A stretch of 40,405 bases of DNA from Gemmatimonadales bacterium (GTDB lineage: Bacteria; Gemmatimonadota; Gemmatimonadetes; Palauibacterales; KS3-K002). This document shows positions 17,089 through 25,886 of the stretch, piece by piece. Numbering within the stretch: position 1 is the first letter of the stretch; every line of letters starts with the position of its first letter. The DNA lies in assembly GCA_050053635.1 (NCBI GenBank), contig JASFTI010000001.1, forward strand, positions 1 to 40,405, in the 5' to 3' direction. Made by a program: the position numbers and the translations under genes. The notes beneath the pieces are model-generated. The model searched no databases and was not told the DNA's origin. It was given only the letters and a program-made list of their open reading frames with translations.

Positions 17089-18621
17089 ATGCTGGAGATC
17101 GATGGGCACAGCCTGACCCTCGAAGATGTGGAGCGCGTCGCCTGCCGGCTCGAGACCGATGTCACCCTCTCCGCCGATGCCAGGCGAGCGGTCGACGCCT
17201 CGCGCCAGGTTGTAGAACGCGTTCTCGAGAGCGGCGAGCCCGTCTACGGTGTCACTACCGGGTTCGGCAGGCTGTCCGAGATCACCGTCCCACCCGAGAG
17301 CCGTCTCGAGATGCAGGAGAACCTGGTGAGGAGCCACGTGACAGGAGTGGGGGGAGCGCTCGATCGCCAGGTCGGCCGGGCGGTGATGTTGCTACGCGCC
17401 AACTCGCTCGCTCGCGGCAACTCGGGCGTCCGCGGCCAGGTAATCGACTTGCTGCTGGCCTTGCTCCGATCGGGAATAGACCCGTTGATCCCGGAGTTCG
17501 GGTCGGTAGGTGCGAGCGGCGACCTGGCACCCCTCGCGCACGTAGCGCTGGTCCTCATGGGCGAGGGACACGTGCACGGTGACTCGGAGCCGATACCTGC
17601 ACGGTCGGCACTGCAACTGGCCGGGCTCGAGCCGGTCAGGCTGCGAGAGAAGGAGGGGCTGGCGCTGATCAACGGAACGCAGGCGACGACAGGGCAGGGC
17701 ATTCTGGCGCTGTTGCGAGCGGAACAGGCGGTGGAGACCGCCGAACTTGCCGGGGCTATGTCGCTGGAGGGATCGCTCGGTACGCCGACAGCTTTCGATG
17801 AGCGAGTGCATGCCGTTCGGCCGCACCCGGGTCAGATGACCAGCGCATCCCGATTGCGCGCCCTGCTGGCCGAGAGCGAGATACGCGAATCGCATCGTCA
17901 TGGTGATCCGCGGGTCCAGGACGCGTATTCGCTACGCTGCATGCCGCAGGTGCACGGGGCGGCGCGCGATGTGATGACGTTCATCCGTGGAGTTCTCGAG
18001 ATCGAAGTGAACAGCTCGACGGATAATCCGCTGGTCTTCGCCGATGCCGGCGCTATCCTCAGCGCGGGTAATTTCCATGCTCAGCTCATCGCCGAAGCTC
18101 TCGATTTCCTCGCCATCGCCTGCACCGACCTGGCCGCGATCAGCCAACAGCGTATCGAGCGTTTGCTCAACCCCGATCTCTCCACGCTGCCGGCGTTTCT
18201 GGCACAGGATCCCGGTGTCGAGTCGGGTCTGGCGATCGCCCAGGTGACGGCGGTGGATCTGCTGTCGGAGATGCGCGTTCTCTCGCACCCGGCGAGCGTC
18301 GATACGGTGACAACGAGCGCGAACAAGGAGGATCACGTCTCGATGGGGATGGCGGCGGCGCGTAAGGCGCGCCGTGCCGTGCGCTGCCTGCAGTACGTGC
18401 TGGCGGTCGAGCTATTGTGCGCCGCCCAAGCGCTCGAGTTTCTCAAACCGCTGACGCCTGGACTGGGCGTTGCCGAGGGTTACGAGCTGATTCGCCGGCA
18501 CGTCGCGCCGCTGGCCGGCGATCGGGTGCTGAGCGATGACGTCGAGCGGCTTCGTGAACTGGTGGACGGCGGTGCGCTGAGCGATGTCGTGCTCGAGCAC
18601 GCGGCGAGCGCGGCCGGCTGA
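17089..18621 (+). CDS. hutH: Histidine ammonia-lyase
   Basis: MIO-forming GASGDLAPLAH. The SH selectivity pair (LVRSHVTGVG) is HAL-type. YGVTTGFG is present. 510 aa. Confidence 0.9.
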   Translation: MLEIDGHSLTLEDVERVACRLETDVTLSADARRAVDASRQVVERVLESGEPVYGVTTGFGRLSEITVPPESRLEMQENLVRSHVTGVGGALDRQVGRAVMLLRANSLARGNSGVRGQVIDLLLALLRSGIDPLIPEFGSVGASGDLAPLAHVALVLMGEGHVHGDSEPIPARSALQLAGLEPVRLREKEGLALINGTQATTGQGILALLRAEQAVETAELAGAMSLEGSLGTPTAFDERVHAVRPHPGQMTSASRLRALLAESEIRESHRHGDPRVQDAYSLRCMPQVHGAARDVMTFIRGVLEIEVNSSTDNPLVFADAGAILSAGNFHAQLIAEALDFLAIACTDLAAISQQRIERLLNPDLSTLPAFLAQDPGVESGLAIAQVTAVDLLSEMRVLSHPASVDTVTTSANKEDHVSMGMAAARKARRAVRCLQYVLAVELLCAAQALEFLKPLTPGLGVAEGYELIRRHVAPLAGDRVLSDDVERLRELVDGGALSDVVLEHAASAAG

Positions 18622-18711
18622 TCGGCGTGTGCGATGAAACCGCTCTGGCGCAGGCGTCGTAGGGAAGACAGAGACTCACACGTAAGCAAGTCAACTAACG
18701 GCAGGGTTTAG

Positions 18712-18972
18712 ATGGGGATCATCTCCTGGATCATATTTGGGTTCATCGCCGGGACTATCGCCAGGCTCATTCACCCGGGCCGCGACCCCGGGGGATGTGT
18801 GATCACGATCCTTCTGGGCATAGCTGGCGCACTCGTCGGCGGCTACGTCGGCACATTGCTCGGCTGGGGCCGGGTGAGCGGCTTCGAGCTGCGTTCGTTG
18901 GGCCTGGCGGTCTTGGGCGCTCTCATTCTGCTCATCGTCTACCGGATGGCGTTCGGCAAGCGAGAGCGGTAG
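18712..18972 (+). CDS. GlsB/YeaQ/YmgE-family stress membrane protein
   Basis: 86 aa, MGIISWIIFGFIAGTIARLI...LLGIAGALVGGYVG, a typical transglycosylase-associated-family small membrane protein. Confidence 0.85.
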   Translation: MGIISWIIFGFIAGTIARLIHPGRDPGGCVITILLGIAGALVGGYVGTLLGWGRVSGFELRSLGLAVLGALILLIVYRMAFGKRER

Positions 18973-19079
18973 GGTTGCGCGGGAGTGCCGAGGCCCGGTT
19001 CCTCTGTTGCCACCTCGGCCGGTCGTCGTAGATTGCCCCACCCAGCACACCGAGTCCTTACTCGCCCCGACAGGAGCCG

Positions 19080-21386
19080 GTGTCCTCCATGCCCGACAGC
19101 GAACACGACCATCTTGTCAAACGCCTGGAAGCGCTCGAGCGCTTCTCGGAGCGGCTCGATCTCGAGCTGAGGCGCCTGCGACACGATCTGCTTCGCGATG
19201 AAAGCGCGGCCGACACGTCACCAGCCGCTCCTGGACCTGTGGCCGTGGAACCGGAGGCTCCTCCGGAGGCGGAGCCGGAAGCGCTGCAGGCTCCGCCCCA
19301 GGCTGGCCGGAAGAGGGAGGCCATCGACCTCGAGTTCTGGCTCGGCGGTCGCGGTCTGCTCTTGTTGGGTGTGGCCGCTGGGGTGCTTGCCGTCGGATTC
19401 TTCGTCAAAGAAGCGATCGAGCGCGGCTGGATCGGTCCGACGATTCGCGTCTTGTTGGGTGCCGGGGTGGGAGTGGTCGCGGCGGTCCTCGGTGATCAGA
19501 TCCGGGCCCGGGGATATCGGATCTACGGTCTGTGGCTGGCCGCCGGCGGCTTCAGCGCCATCTATCTCAGCCTCTGGGCCGCGGCGGCGTTGTACGCCCT
19601 GCTTCCTACAGGCGCCGGCTTCGCATTGATGGTGGTCGTGGTGGCAATCGCCGCGGGCCTCGGGCTGCTCCGCGACTCCGGGTCCTTCGTTGCGCTCGCC
19701 GCGGTGGGCGGCTACCTGGCGCCCCTGCTGCTGCAGATAGACTCGACATCGACCCTCTTCAGCTTGGGCTATCTCGGCCTGCTCTCCGGTACCGGGCTCT
19801 GGCTGGCCTACCGTGCCGGCTGGCCTTACCTGGCGGCAGTCGCCGTGTTTGGCGGCGCCGTTATGGCGCCCCTCTCTGAGGGCGATCCACATCTGCACGG
19901 GATCTATCTTTCGGCATTGGTGGCGGGTGCTCTGCTGACGGCCGAGCGGAGAAGCTGGGGCAAACTGGCGCTTCTCGCCGCGATTCTCGGTTGGCTTACG
20001 CTGTTGGTGGGCAGCACGCCGTGGGAGATCACGGCGGTCGGATTCTGCGCGTACGCTGCCGTCCTGGCCGCCGCGGGCTTGGTGATCGCGGCGCGCGCCG
20101 CGTGGGCCGGCCTGGCAGCGGTCACGGTAGCGGGTGGCACCCTGGTCATCCTCTCCAGTCTCGGCGTCCCCGACGCGCACGGCGTCTATCTGCTCGCTCT
20201 GGCCGCTGCGGCACTGACTCTGGCTCGCCGTAAACGTTGGGTCGAGATCGGGCTCCTGACGGTCGTCTTGGCTTGGGCTGCGCTCTGGTTCGGCAGGAAT
20301 CCTTGGAGCATCGAAGGTCTCAGATTCTCACTTTATGCCGGCGGACTGTGGTTGGTCAGCTTGATCGCGTCGCTCGGCGCGGATCTCAGTGAGCGGCGAT
20401 CGGCTAGGCCCGCCGAAGTGAGTACGGAGGGTGAGGACGCCACGGCGAGCGAGGGAGAGCTGATCGAGGCCGTGCGACAGCTCCTCGCGCCTCAGGTCAG
20501 TGCCCTGCTCGTGACCCTCCTGCCGCCCTGGCTCTTCTACCTCTTCGCGATGGTGGGATTGAGCGAATCCGCTCACGCCGAGTCGCGCGGTCTGATCGGA
20601 TTCGGTCTGGGTCTCGTCATCGGTTGTGCCTATCTGGCCCAGACGGTTTGGGGAACACAGAGCCTGCGGACCGCGAGACGTACGTGGCTGGCCGGGTTGG
20701 GCTATGCGTTCTGGCTGGTGGCGCCCTCGGTGCTCTGGTCGGACATCCCGCTGGCCAGGGTCTGGCTGCTCGAAGGTCTGGCCCTCGTGGCAGCCGGCGT
20801 CCTATTCAGGACCGTCGAGGCGCGGGCGGCAAGCCTGGCCGCTTTCGTCCTGGCGGTCATGGCCTATTCCGGAGCCGGGGTGGTTGACCGCCCCGACTCC
20901 GATGCCGCGTTCGTCGGCGGCTGGGCGCTCACGGCGCTGGGGGTGGCCGTCGGGCTCGCCGTCTGGGGTGTGGCGGTGGAGCGCGTCGAGCGTGCGGCGT
21001 CCTGGGAGTCGAGTATCCGGCCTATCGTGCTCCTCACCGCGGCAGCCCTCTTCTTGGGTTGGGGGACGATGGAGATCCAGCGCTTCTTCGATCTGCTCGG
21101 CGAGCTCGATCGTTGGGACCTCGCCCGCGACCTGTCGATCAGTGGTTTCTGGATGGCTTACGCGGCTGGACTCCTTGCCGTCGGCTTCTGGCTCACGCGA
21201 CCACCGGTGCGTTGGGTCGGACTCGGCATGGCACTGCTCGCCGCCGGTAAGGTCTTCCTCTACGACCTCTCCCAGCTGTCACAGCTCTACCGAATCTTCA
21301 GCTTCGTGGCGCTGGCCATCGTTCTGCTGGCGCTTTCTTTCCGCTACCAGAAGCTGCGGGGTGCCGGCGAAGAAGCCGATTCCTAG
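19080..21386 (+). CDS. DUF2339-type large polytopic membrane protein
   Basis: An N-terminal coiled-coil (LVKRLEALERFSERLDLELRRLRHD) and a Pro/Ala/Glu linker are followed by more than 20 hydrophobic segments with internal repetition. The start is GTG 19080 or ATG 19089. Confidence 0.65.
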   Translation: MSSMPDSEHDHLVKRLEALERFSERLDLELRRLRHDLLRDESAADTSPAAPGPVAVEPEAPPEAEPEALQAPPQAGRKREAIDLEFWLGGRGLLLLGVAAGVLAVGFFVKEAIERGWIGPTIRVLLGAGVGVVAAVLGDQIRARGYRIYGLWLAAGGFSAIYLSLWAAAALYALLPTGAGFALMVVVVAIAAGLGLLRDSGSFVALAAVGGYLAPLLLQIDSTSTLFSLGYLGLLSGTGLWLAYRAGWPYLAAVAVFGGAVMAPLSEGDPHLHGIYLSALVAGALLTAERRSWGKLALLAAILGWLTLLVGSTPWEITAVGFCAYAAVLAAAGLVIAARAAWAGLAAVTVAGGTLVILSSLGVPDAHGVYLLALAAAALTLARRKRWVEIGLLTVVLAWAALWFGRNPWSIEGLRFSLYAGGLWLVSLIASLGADLSERRSARPAEVSTEGEDATASEGELIEAVRQLLAPQVSALLVTLLPPWLFYLFAMVGLSESAHAESRGLIGFGLGLVIGCAYLAQTVWGTQSLRTARRTWLAGLGYAFWLVAPSVLWSDIPLARVWLLEGLALVAAGVLFRTVEARAASLAAFVLAVMAYSGAGVVDRPDSDAAFVGGWALTALGVAVGLAVWGVAVERVERAASWESSIRPIVLLTAAALFLGWGTMEIQRFFDLLGELDRWDLARDLSISGFWMAYAAGLLAVGFWLTRPPVRWVGLGMALLAAGKVFLYDLSQLSQLYRIFSFVALAIVLLALSFRYQKLRGAGEEADS

Positions 21387-21581
21387 CCGGCGGCGGCCGC
21401 GCCAGCGGCCCAGGTGGCGACTGCGGGGTCTAACTCGTTTTTGGGTAGAGGGTTAGTGCCTTCGAAGCCTGCCGACGCGTCCCCCGTAAAACCCGTCAAA
21501 AGTTTTCGTCAGAATGAAAACTATGATCGGTCAGTCTGTCCGCGCCGCTCGTAAGTCGTTGCCCTGTATTCCGCTTTTTTC

Positions 21582-21597
21582 TGGCACAAAGATGGCA
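21582..21597 (+). promoter_or_regulatory. Candidate sigma-54 (-24/-12) promoter of the minor-pilin operon
   Basis: TGGCAC-aaaga-TGGCA. The GG (21583-84) and GC (21595-96) have canonical spacing, with one mismatch to TTGC. It lies 56 nt upstream of ATG 21652 in an AT-rich intergenic region. Confidence 0.45.
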
Positions 21598-21651
21598 TTC
21601 TGTCCGTAGCCCAAGGCCCGCCCAAGGTCAGGCAAAAACGAAGAGGGGACG

Positions 21652-22077
21652 ATGGCATCGCTCAGATGTAAACGTGGGTACACGTTGGTCGATATGGCGG
21701 TCGTGTTGCTGCTGATCGCCGCCGCCGTGGGCACCTCGGGTCCGCTGAGTCGACGGATGGTTGCTCTCTACCAGCTGAACACTGCCACTCAAACACTGGC
21801 AGCGGATCTATCGCAGACGAAGATACGAGCCATCCAGTCGAACGCGTTGGAAGCGGTCGAGCGAGAGTCGAACCGTAACTACCGGGCCGCAGGGTATCCG
21901 CGTCGCCTGCCGGGGATGGTTCGGTTCGATGTGGAAAGCGCCGATACGGTGGTGTTCAACGGGTTGGGCGCGATGAGCGACGGTGCGAGTCACCGCTTCG
22001 TATTGGTCAACCTGTTCGGCGAGTCGCGCGAGATAGTGATCTATGCCGCAGGCGGACACGAGGTTCGCAAGTTGTGA
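21652..22077 (+). CDS. FimT/GspH-like minor pilin (pseudopilin)
   Basis: Prepilin-like N-terminus KRG|YTLVDMAVVLLLIAAAV with Tyr at +1 and Asp at +5. The GspH/FimT-style helix follows (QTLAADLSQTKIRAIQSN). Confidence 0.6.
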   Translation: MASLRCKRGYTLVDMAVVLLLIAAAVGTSGPLSRRMVALYQLNTATQTLAADLSQTKIRAIQSNALEAVERESNRNYRAAGYPRRLPGMVRFDVESADTVVFNGLGAMSDGASHRFVLVNLFGESREIVIYAAGGHEVRKL

Positions 22078-22481
22078 AGCAGACCGGCGGATTCAGTCTC
22101 GTTGAGTTAATGGTAGCGCTGGTGATCTTCGCGTTCGGAGTGCTGGCGGGGGTGGCGCTTCTGGGGTCCGGCTACCGATGGGAGGGGCAGGCAGAGTTGG
22201 AGACCCAGATGACAGTGGCAGCGGAGATGAAGGTCGAGGAGCTGAAGGCGCTGGCAGGGACCGAGCTACCGGACACGGTGGAACTGGTGCCGGGTGGAAA
22301 CCTCGAGTCGAATGTGACCGGATACTGGGACACGGCCGAACTGGACGGGCGCACGTTTACCCGACGCTGGCGGATTCAAGCAGGGCCGGCGGGGACAAGG
22401 CAAGTGACGGTAAGGGTACTGCCTCTGGATCCGCCCGCGGCGGGTTACGCGGAACTCTGGACACACGTGCTTCATGAGTAG
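22074..22481 (+). CDS. PilV/GspI-like minor pilin
   Basis: Canonical N-methylation motif GG|FSLVELMVALVIFAFGV. 135 aa. GTGA overlap with the upstream gene. Confidence 0.65.
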   Translation: MKQTGGFSLVELMVALVIFAFGVLAGVALLGSGYRWEGQAELETQMTVAAEMKVEELKALAGTELPDTVELVPGGNLESNVTGYWDTAELDGRTFTRRWRIQAGPAGTRQVTVRVLPLDPPAAGYAELWTHVLHE

Positions 22482-23082
22482 TCGGCTTTGGAACGAGAAC
22501 GTCGCCGGCCGTCGCGCCGGGTTCAGCACGATCGGCATGATCGTCGCCTTCGTGCTCTTGGGACTCCTGCTGGCACCGATGCTAGGCACGATCCTGAGTG
22601 CGCAGCGCGGTTTCGTCGAGAGCCGGGGTCGGGCCCGCGCCGCCGGCAACGTGCGATACGCGCATCTGGCGCTCACACGCTTCATGCGCCTGGCCGGTAG
22701 CAGCCCGGTCGGGCTACCGCTCCCCGGCATAGATCCGGATCCCGGCGGCGACGGGGTCTTCAACGACGTGCGTCTGCGTTCCGACTACAATCCGCCTGAC
22801 GGTGATGTCGATGACCCTGGTGAAGATCTGACGTTCTTCCTGCGGGCCGATACCATGTTCGTGAAGTCCGGGGGCGATGGAGAGGAGGAACCTTTCCTCA
22901 TCGGTGTGGACTCGCTGGCGTTCGAGTACTTCGATCGTGACGGGTCGGTGATCGCCGATCCTGCTCGGATCGGGCCCCGCGCCATGGTGGTCGACGTGAC
23001 GATCCGGGCCCGTGGCGACCGATACGCCGACCCGGCCGAACGCACTCTCTCAGGTTTAGTACGGCTGCGAAACGGGAAGTGA
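22474..23082 (+). CDS. PilW/GspJ-like minor pilin with a degenerate prepilin motif
   Basis: AG|FSTIGMIVAFVLLGLLLA has Gly instead of Glu at +5. 202 aa. It overlaps the upstream gene by 8 nt and the downstream gene by 4 nt. Confidence 0.5.
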   Translation: MSSRLWNENVAGRRAGFSTIGMIVAFVLLGLLLAPMLGTILSAQRGFVESRGRARAAGNVRYAHLALTRFMRLAGSSPVGLPLPGIDPDPGGDGVFNDVRLRSDYNPPDGDVDDPGEDLTFFLRADTMFVKSGGDGEEEPFLIGVDSLAFEYFDRDGSVIADPARIGPRAMVVDVTIRARGDRYADPAERTLSGLVRLRNGK

Positions 23083-24395
23083 TGAGTATGTTGTACAGGC
23101 TGCGGTCCAACGAGTCGGGAATGGCGCTGCTGGCGGTACTGCTGGCGATGGGACTTCTGACAGCCCTGGGCGCCGCGCTCACCGCGGTGGGTATCGTCGA
23201 GTTCCGCGCCGCGAAGAACCACCGCTCGGCTTCGCGGGCCCTGCTGCTGGCGGACGCGGGCGCGACCCATGCGCTGGCGCTGATGCGCGGTCCGCTGTCC
23301 GGCTACAGCTACAGCGATGTGCTGGTCGGTGCCGACGGGATGGAAGACACAGACGACGATGGCGTCTTTTCGGGCTTCGCGCTCGCCGGTAGCGACGCGC
23401 TGCCTGACACCGGGATAATCCTCGGCGACGGTCGGTATTACGTGCGGATCGTCAACGACGATCAGGACCCCAGCGGCGATCCCTACCAGGACAACAATCA
23501 TCGCTTCGTCGCCCTCTGCCGCGGCGAAACGCCGGATGGCGGTGTGGCGGAGGTCAGGGTAATGCTCGCCGCCCCCAACTTCCCCGCCATCGCCACCAAC
23601 GGCACGCTGTATCTGCCCGGCAACCCCGATGTGGCCGGCGAGTGCGGCGGTGTGCACGCCAATCGGATCATGACGGTCAGCGGCCACCCGACAGTGACCG
23701 GGGACGTCACGTACTACGAGGACGCCGTCGTCAGCGGCACGATCTATGGGCCGGGTGGGGAAGTGAAGGAGCCGAAGCCCGGACCCTGGGTCGACATCCC
23801 GGAGTACGACCCGCTCGATTTCTGCGCCGATGCGGACTACAGGCTCAAGAATAACAAGCTGATCACGCTGGGGCCGACGGATAGCGAGGTCACCCTCGGC
23901 AAGGCCCTCGGCTGGCAGTTCGATGCGTCTACCTGGACGTACCAACTCAATGGTAAGGAAGCGGTGGGCGGCAAGTACTGCGTTCACGGCAACGTGAAGG
24001 TGACCGGCGACCTGGGCGAGCCCGGCAACCCGCTGAAGATCAGCATCCTGGCCACCGGCTCGATCCAGGTGGGCGGCACACCGATCATCGAGCCGGCCAA
24101 CATCAACGAAATCCTGTTGATGGCCGGCGGCGACGTGCAGATCGGCGGCACAACGTCGGCGAAGCGGTCTCCCTACTACCACGGGCTGATCTACGCCGGC
24201 AGCCAGTGTCAGGTGGGTGGTACGCCTTACGTTGACGGGCACGTCCTGTGCTACGACGACCCGGATCCTACTGGAGCGGTCGATCTGTTTGACGAGAACA
24301 AGATCAACGGGACCCCGACGATCAGCTATGACTGTTCGGGTGAGCTGCGGCGCACGTTGATGGCGTCGTGGTGGGAATCGCGGACGACTTCGTAG
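23079..24395 (+). CDS. PilX/GspK-like large minor pilin, paralog 1 (PilX_N-type N-terminus plus a repeat-rich C-terminal domain)
   Basis: N-terminus ESGMALLAVLLAMGLLTALGAALT...RALLLADAG matches the PilX N-terminal domain pattern. The 438-aa protein has a Gly-rich repeat pattern (GNVKVTGD, GSIQVGG, GGDVQIGG). Confidence 0.55.
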   Translation: MMSMLYRLRSNESGMALLAVLLAMGLLTALGAALTAVGIVEFRAAKNHRSASRALLLADAGATHALALMRGPLSGYSYSDVLVGADGMEDTDDDGVFSGFALAGSDALPDTGIILGDGRYYVRIVNDDQDPSGDPYQDNNHRFVALCRGETPDGGVAEVRVMLAAPNFPAIATNGTLYLPGNPDVAGECGGVHANRIMTVSGHPTVTGDVTYYEDAVVSGTIYGPGGEVKEPKPGPWVDIPEYDPLDFCADADYRLKNNKLITLGPTDSEVTLGKALGWQFDASTWTYQLNGKEAVGGKYCVHGNVKVTGDLGEPGNPLKISILATGSIQVGGTPIIEPANINEILLMAGGDVQIGGTTSAKRSPYYHGLIYAGSQCQVGGTPYVDGHVLCYDDPDPTGAVDLFDENKINGTPTISYDCSGELRRTLMASWWESRTTS

Positions 24396-24479
24396 TTGTT
24401 GACACATAGATGAAGTGACCCCGGTCGCGAAATCGACGGCCGGGGAGGCCGGAGGCGCGCGAGCAAGAGGTGCGGAACG

Positions 24480-25787
24480 ATGGTGGGGCGCGTACGAAGG
24501 GATGAGTCGGGCATAGCGTTGATCGCCGTGCTGCTGGGCATGGCGCTGCTTACCGTGATCGGTGCCGCGCTCACTGCGATTGGAATCGTCGAGTTGCGGA
24601 CCGCCATCAACCACCGCTCGGCAACCCGCGCCCTACTACTCGCAGATGCCGGGGTCAACCATGCCTTGGCCCTGATGCGCGGCCCGCTCAGCGACTTCAC
24701 GTACAGCGACATCGTCCGCGGAGACGATGGCGCGCCGGGCACCGCGGACGACGGCGTCCTCGTGGGCTTCGGGGTCAGCGCTTTCGACGAGATACCGGAC
24801 ACGGGCGTCGCGCTCGGCGACGGCCGCTACTTCGTCACTCTGGAGAACGACCCGCAGGATCCCAGCGGCGATCCCCACGTCGACTCCAACCATCGCCTGG
24901 TCGCGACCTGCCGAGGCGAAACGCGAGACGGCGGTGTGGCCGAGGTGGGGATCGTGCTCGCCGCGCCCAGCTTCCGGGCGATCGTCAGCAACGGTGACCT
25001 CACGCTGCCCGGTAACCCCGACGTGCTGGGGCCGTGCGCCGGTGTTCACGCCAACGGTGTGCTGGGCGTCAGCGGGCACCCGACGGTGGACGGCGACGCG
25101 ACGGCCGCGGAGGACATAAATCTGAGCGGGACGATCTATGACGCGAGCGGTGGGATCGTGATCCCCGAGCTATCGGGGAGGATCGAGGTCCCCGACCATA
25201 ACCCCCTCGATTACCTCGGACAGGCCGAATACGAGCTGCGGAATGGCTGGGTTGTCACCGTCAGGCCGCCTCGCGACAGCTCGCTGGCCACGGGCTCGAG
25301 CGTGCGGGGTTGGAAGTGGAATGCGGCGCAGGGCACTTGGTCGCTGGCCGGCAAGAAGGCGGAAGGCGGGACGTACTTTGTGCACGGCGACGTCGAGGTG
25401 ACGGGCAACGCCGGCAGTGACGGCGCTCCCCTCGAGATCACGATAATCGCCACCGGCTCGGTCAAGGTCGCTGGCAATCCGAAGATCAAAGCCGCGCACC
25501 CCGACGGAATTCTCATCCTCGCTGGCGGCGACGTCGATATCGGCGGCAATGCAAGCGGCATCACCCTGTCATACGCCGGCTTGGTCTACGCCGGCAGCCA
25601 GTGCCAGTTGCACGGAACGCCCAGCGTCGGCGGACACGTGCTGTGCCACGACGCGCCCGACCCGCCGGGTGCCGCCAATCTGGTGACTAACAACAGGGTC
25701 AATGGGACCCCCACGGTCACTTACGACTGCTCGGGTGAACGACGCCGCACGATGGTGGCATCGTGGTGGGAGTCTAGGGCTCGCTGA
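24480..25787 (+). CDS. PilX/GspK-like large minor pilin, paralog 2
   Basis: Collinear with 23079-24395 over the full length, by my estimate more than half identical. It shares ESGIALIAVLL, RALLLADAG, GDGRYFV, DPSGDP, CRGETxDGGVAEV, LPGNPDV, YAGSQCQ and YDCSGExRRTxxASWWESR. Confidence 0.55.
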   Translation: MVGRVRRDESGIALIAVLLGMALLTVIGAALTAIGIVELRTAINHRSATRALLLADAGVNHALALMRGPLSDFTYSDIVRGDDGAPGTADDGVLVGFGVSAFDEIPDTGVALGDGRYFVTLENDPQDPSGDPHVDSNHRLVATCRGETRDGGVAEVGIVLAAPSFRAIVSNGDLTLPGNPDVLGPCAGVHANGVLGVSGHPTVDGDATAAEDINLSGTIYDASGGIVIPELSGRIEVPDHNPLDYLGQAEYELRNGWVVTVRPPRDSSLATGSSVRGWKWNAAQGTWSLAGKKAEGGTYFVHGDVEVTGNAGSDGAPLEITIIATGSVKVAGNPKIKAAHPDGILILAGGDVDIGGNASGITLSYAGLVYAGSQCQLHGTPSVGGHVLCHDAPDPPGAANLVTNNRVNGTPTVTYDCSGERRRTMVASWWESRAR

Positions 25788-25833
25788 GCTGAACCCCGCC
25801 AAGATCAGAACTATAACCAATCACCTCCAACAA

Positions 25834-25867
25834 ACAGGCGAGCACCGGATAACCGGCGCTCGCCTGT
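25834..25867. terminator. Hairpin between convergent genes (possible bidirectional terminator)
   Basis: A perfect 10-bp stem, ACAGGCGAGC with GCTCGCCTGT, encloses a 14-nt loop (ACCGGATAACCGGC, itself self-complementary). On the minus strand TTGTTGG follows the stem. Confidence 0.5.
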
Positions 25868-25886
25868 CTCGGCATCCGCCTGGGTG

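Noticed and set aside
19218..20180. 320-aa minus-strand ORF and several + frame ORFs overlapping the DUF2339 gene
   Set aside because: They are antisense or alternative-frame shadows. Only the 19080-21386 frame gives coherent transmembrane segments.
22785..24614. 609-aa ORF on the minus strand, the longest unexplained ORF in the track
   Set aside because: It lies entirely antisense to the two PilX-like genes. Its composition is Arg/Ala/Gly/Pro/His-rich low complexity with no motifs or SD. This is a typical shadow ORF of a high-GC coding region.
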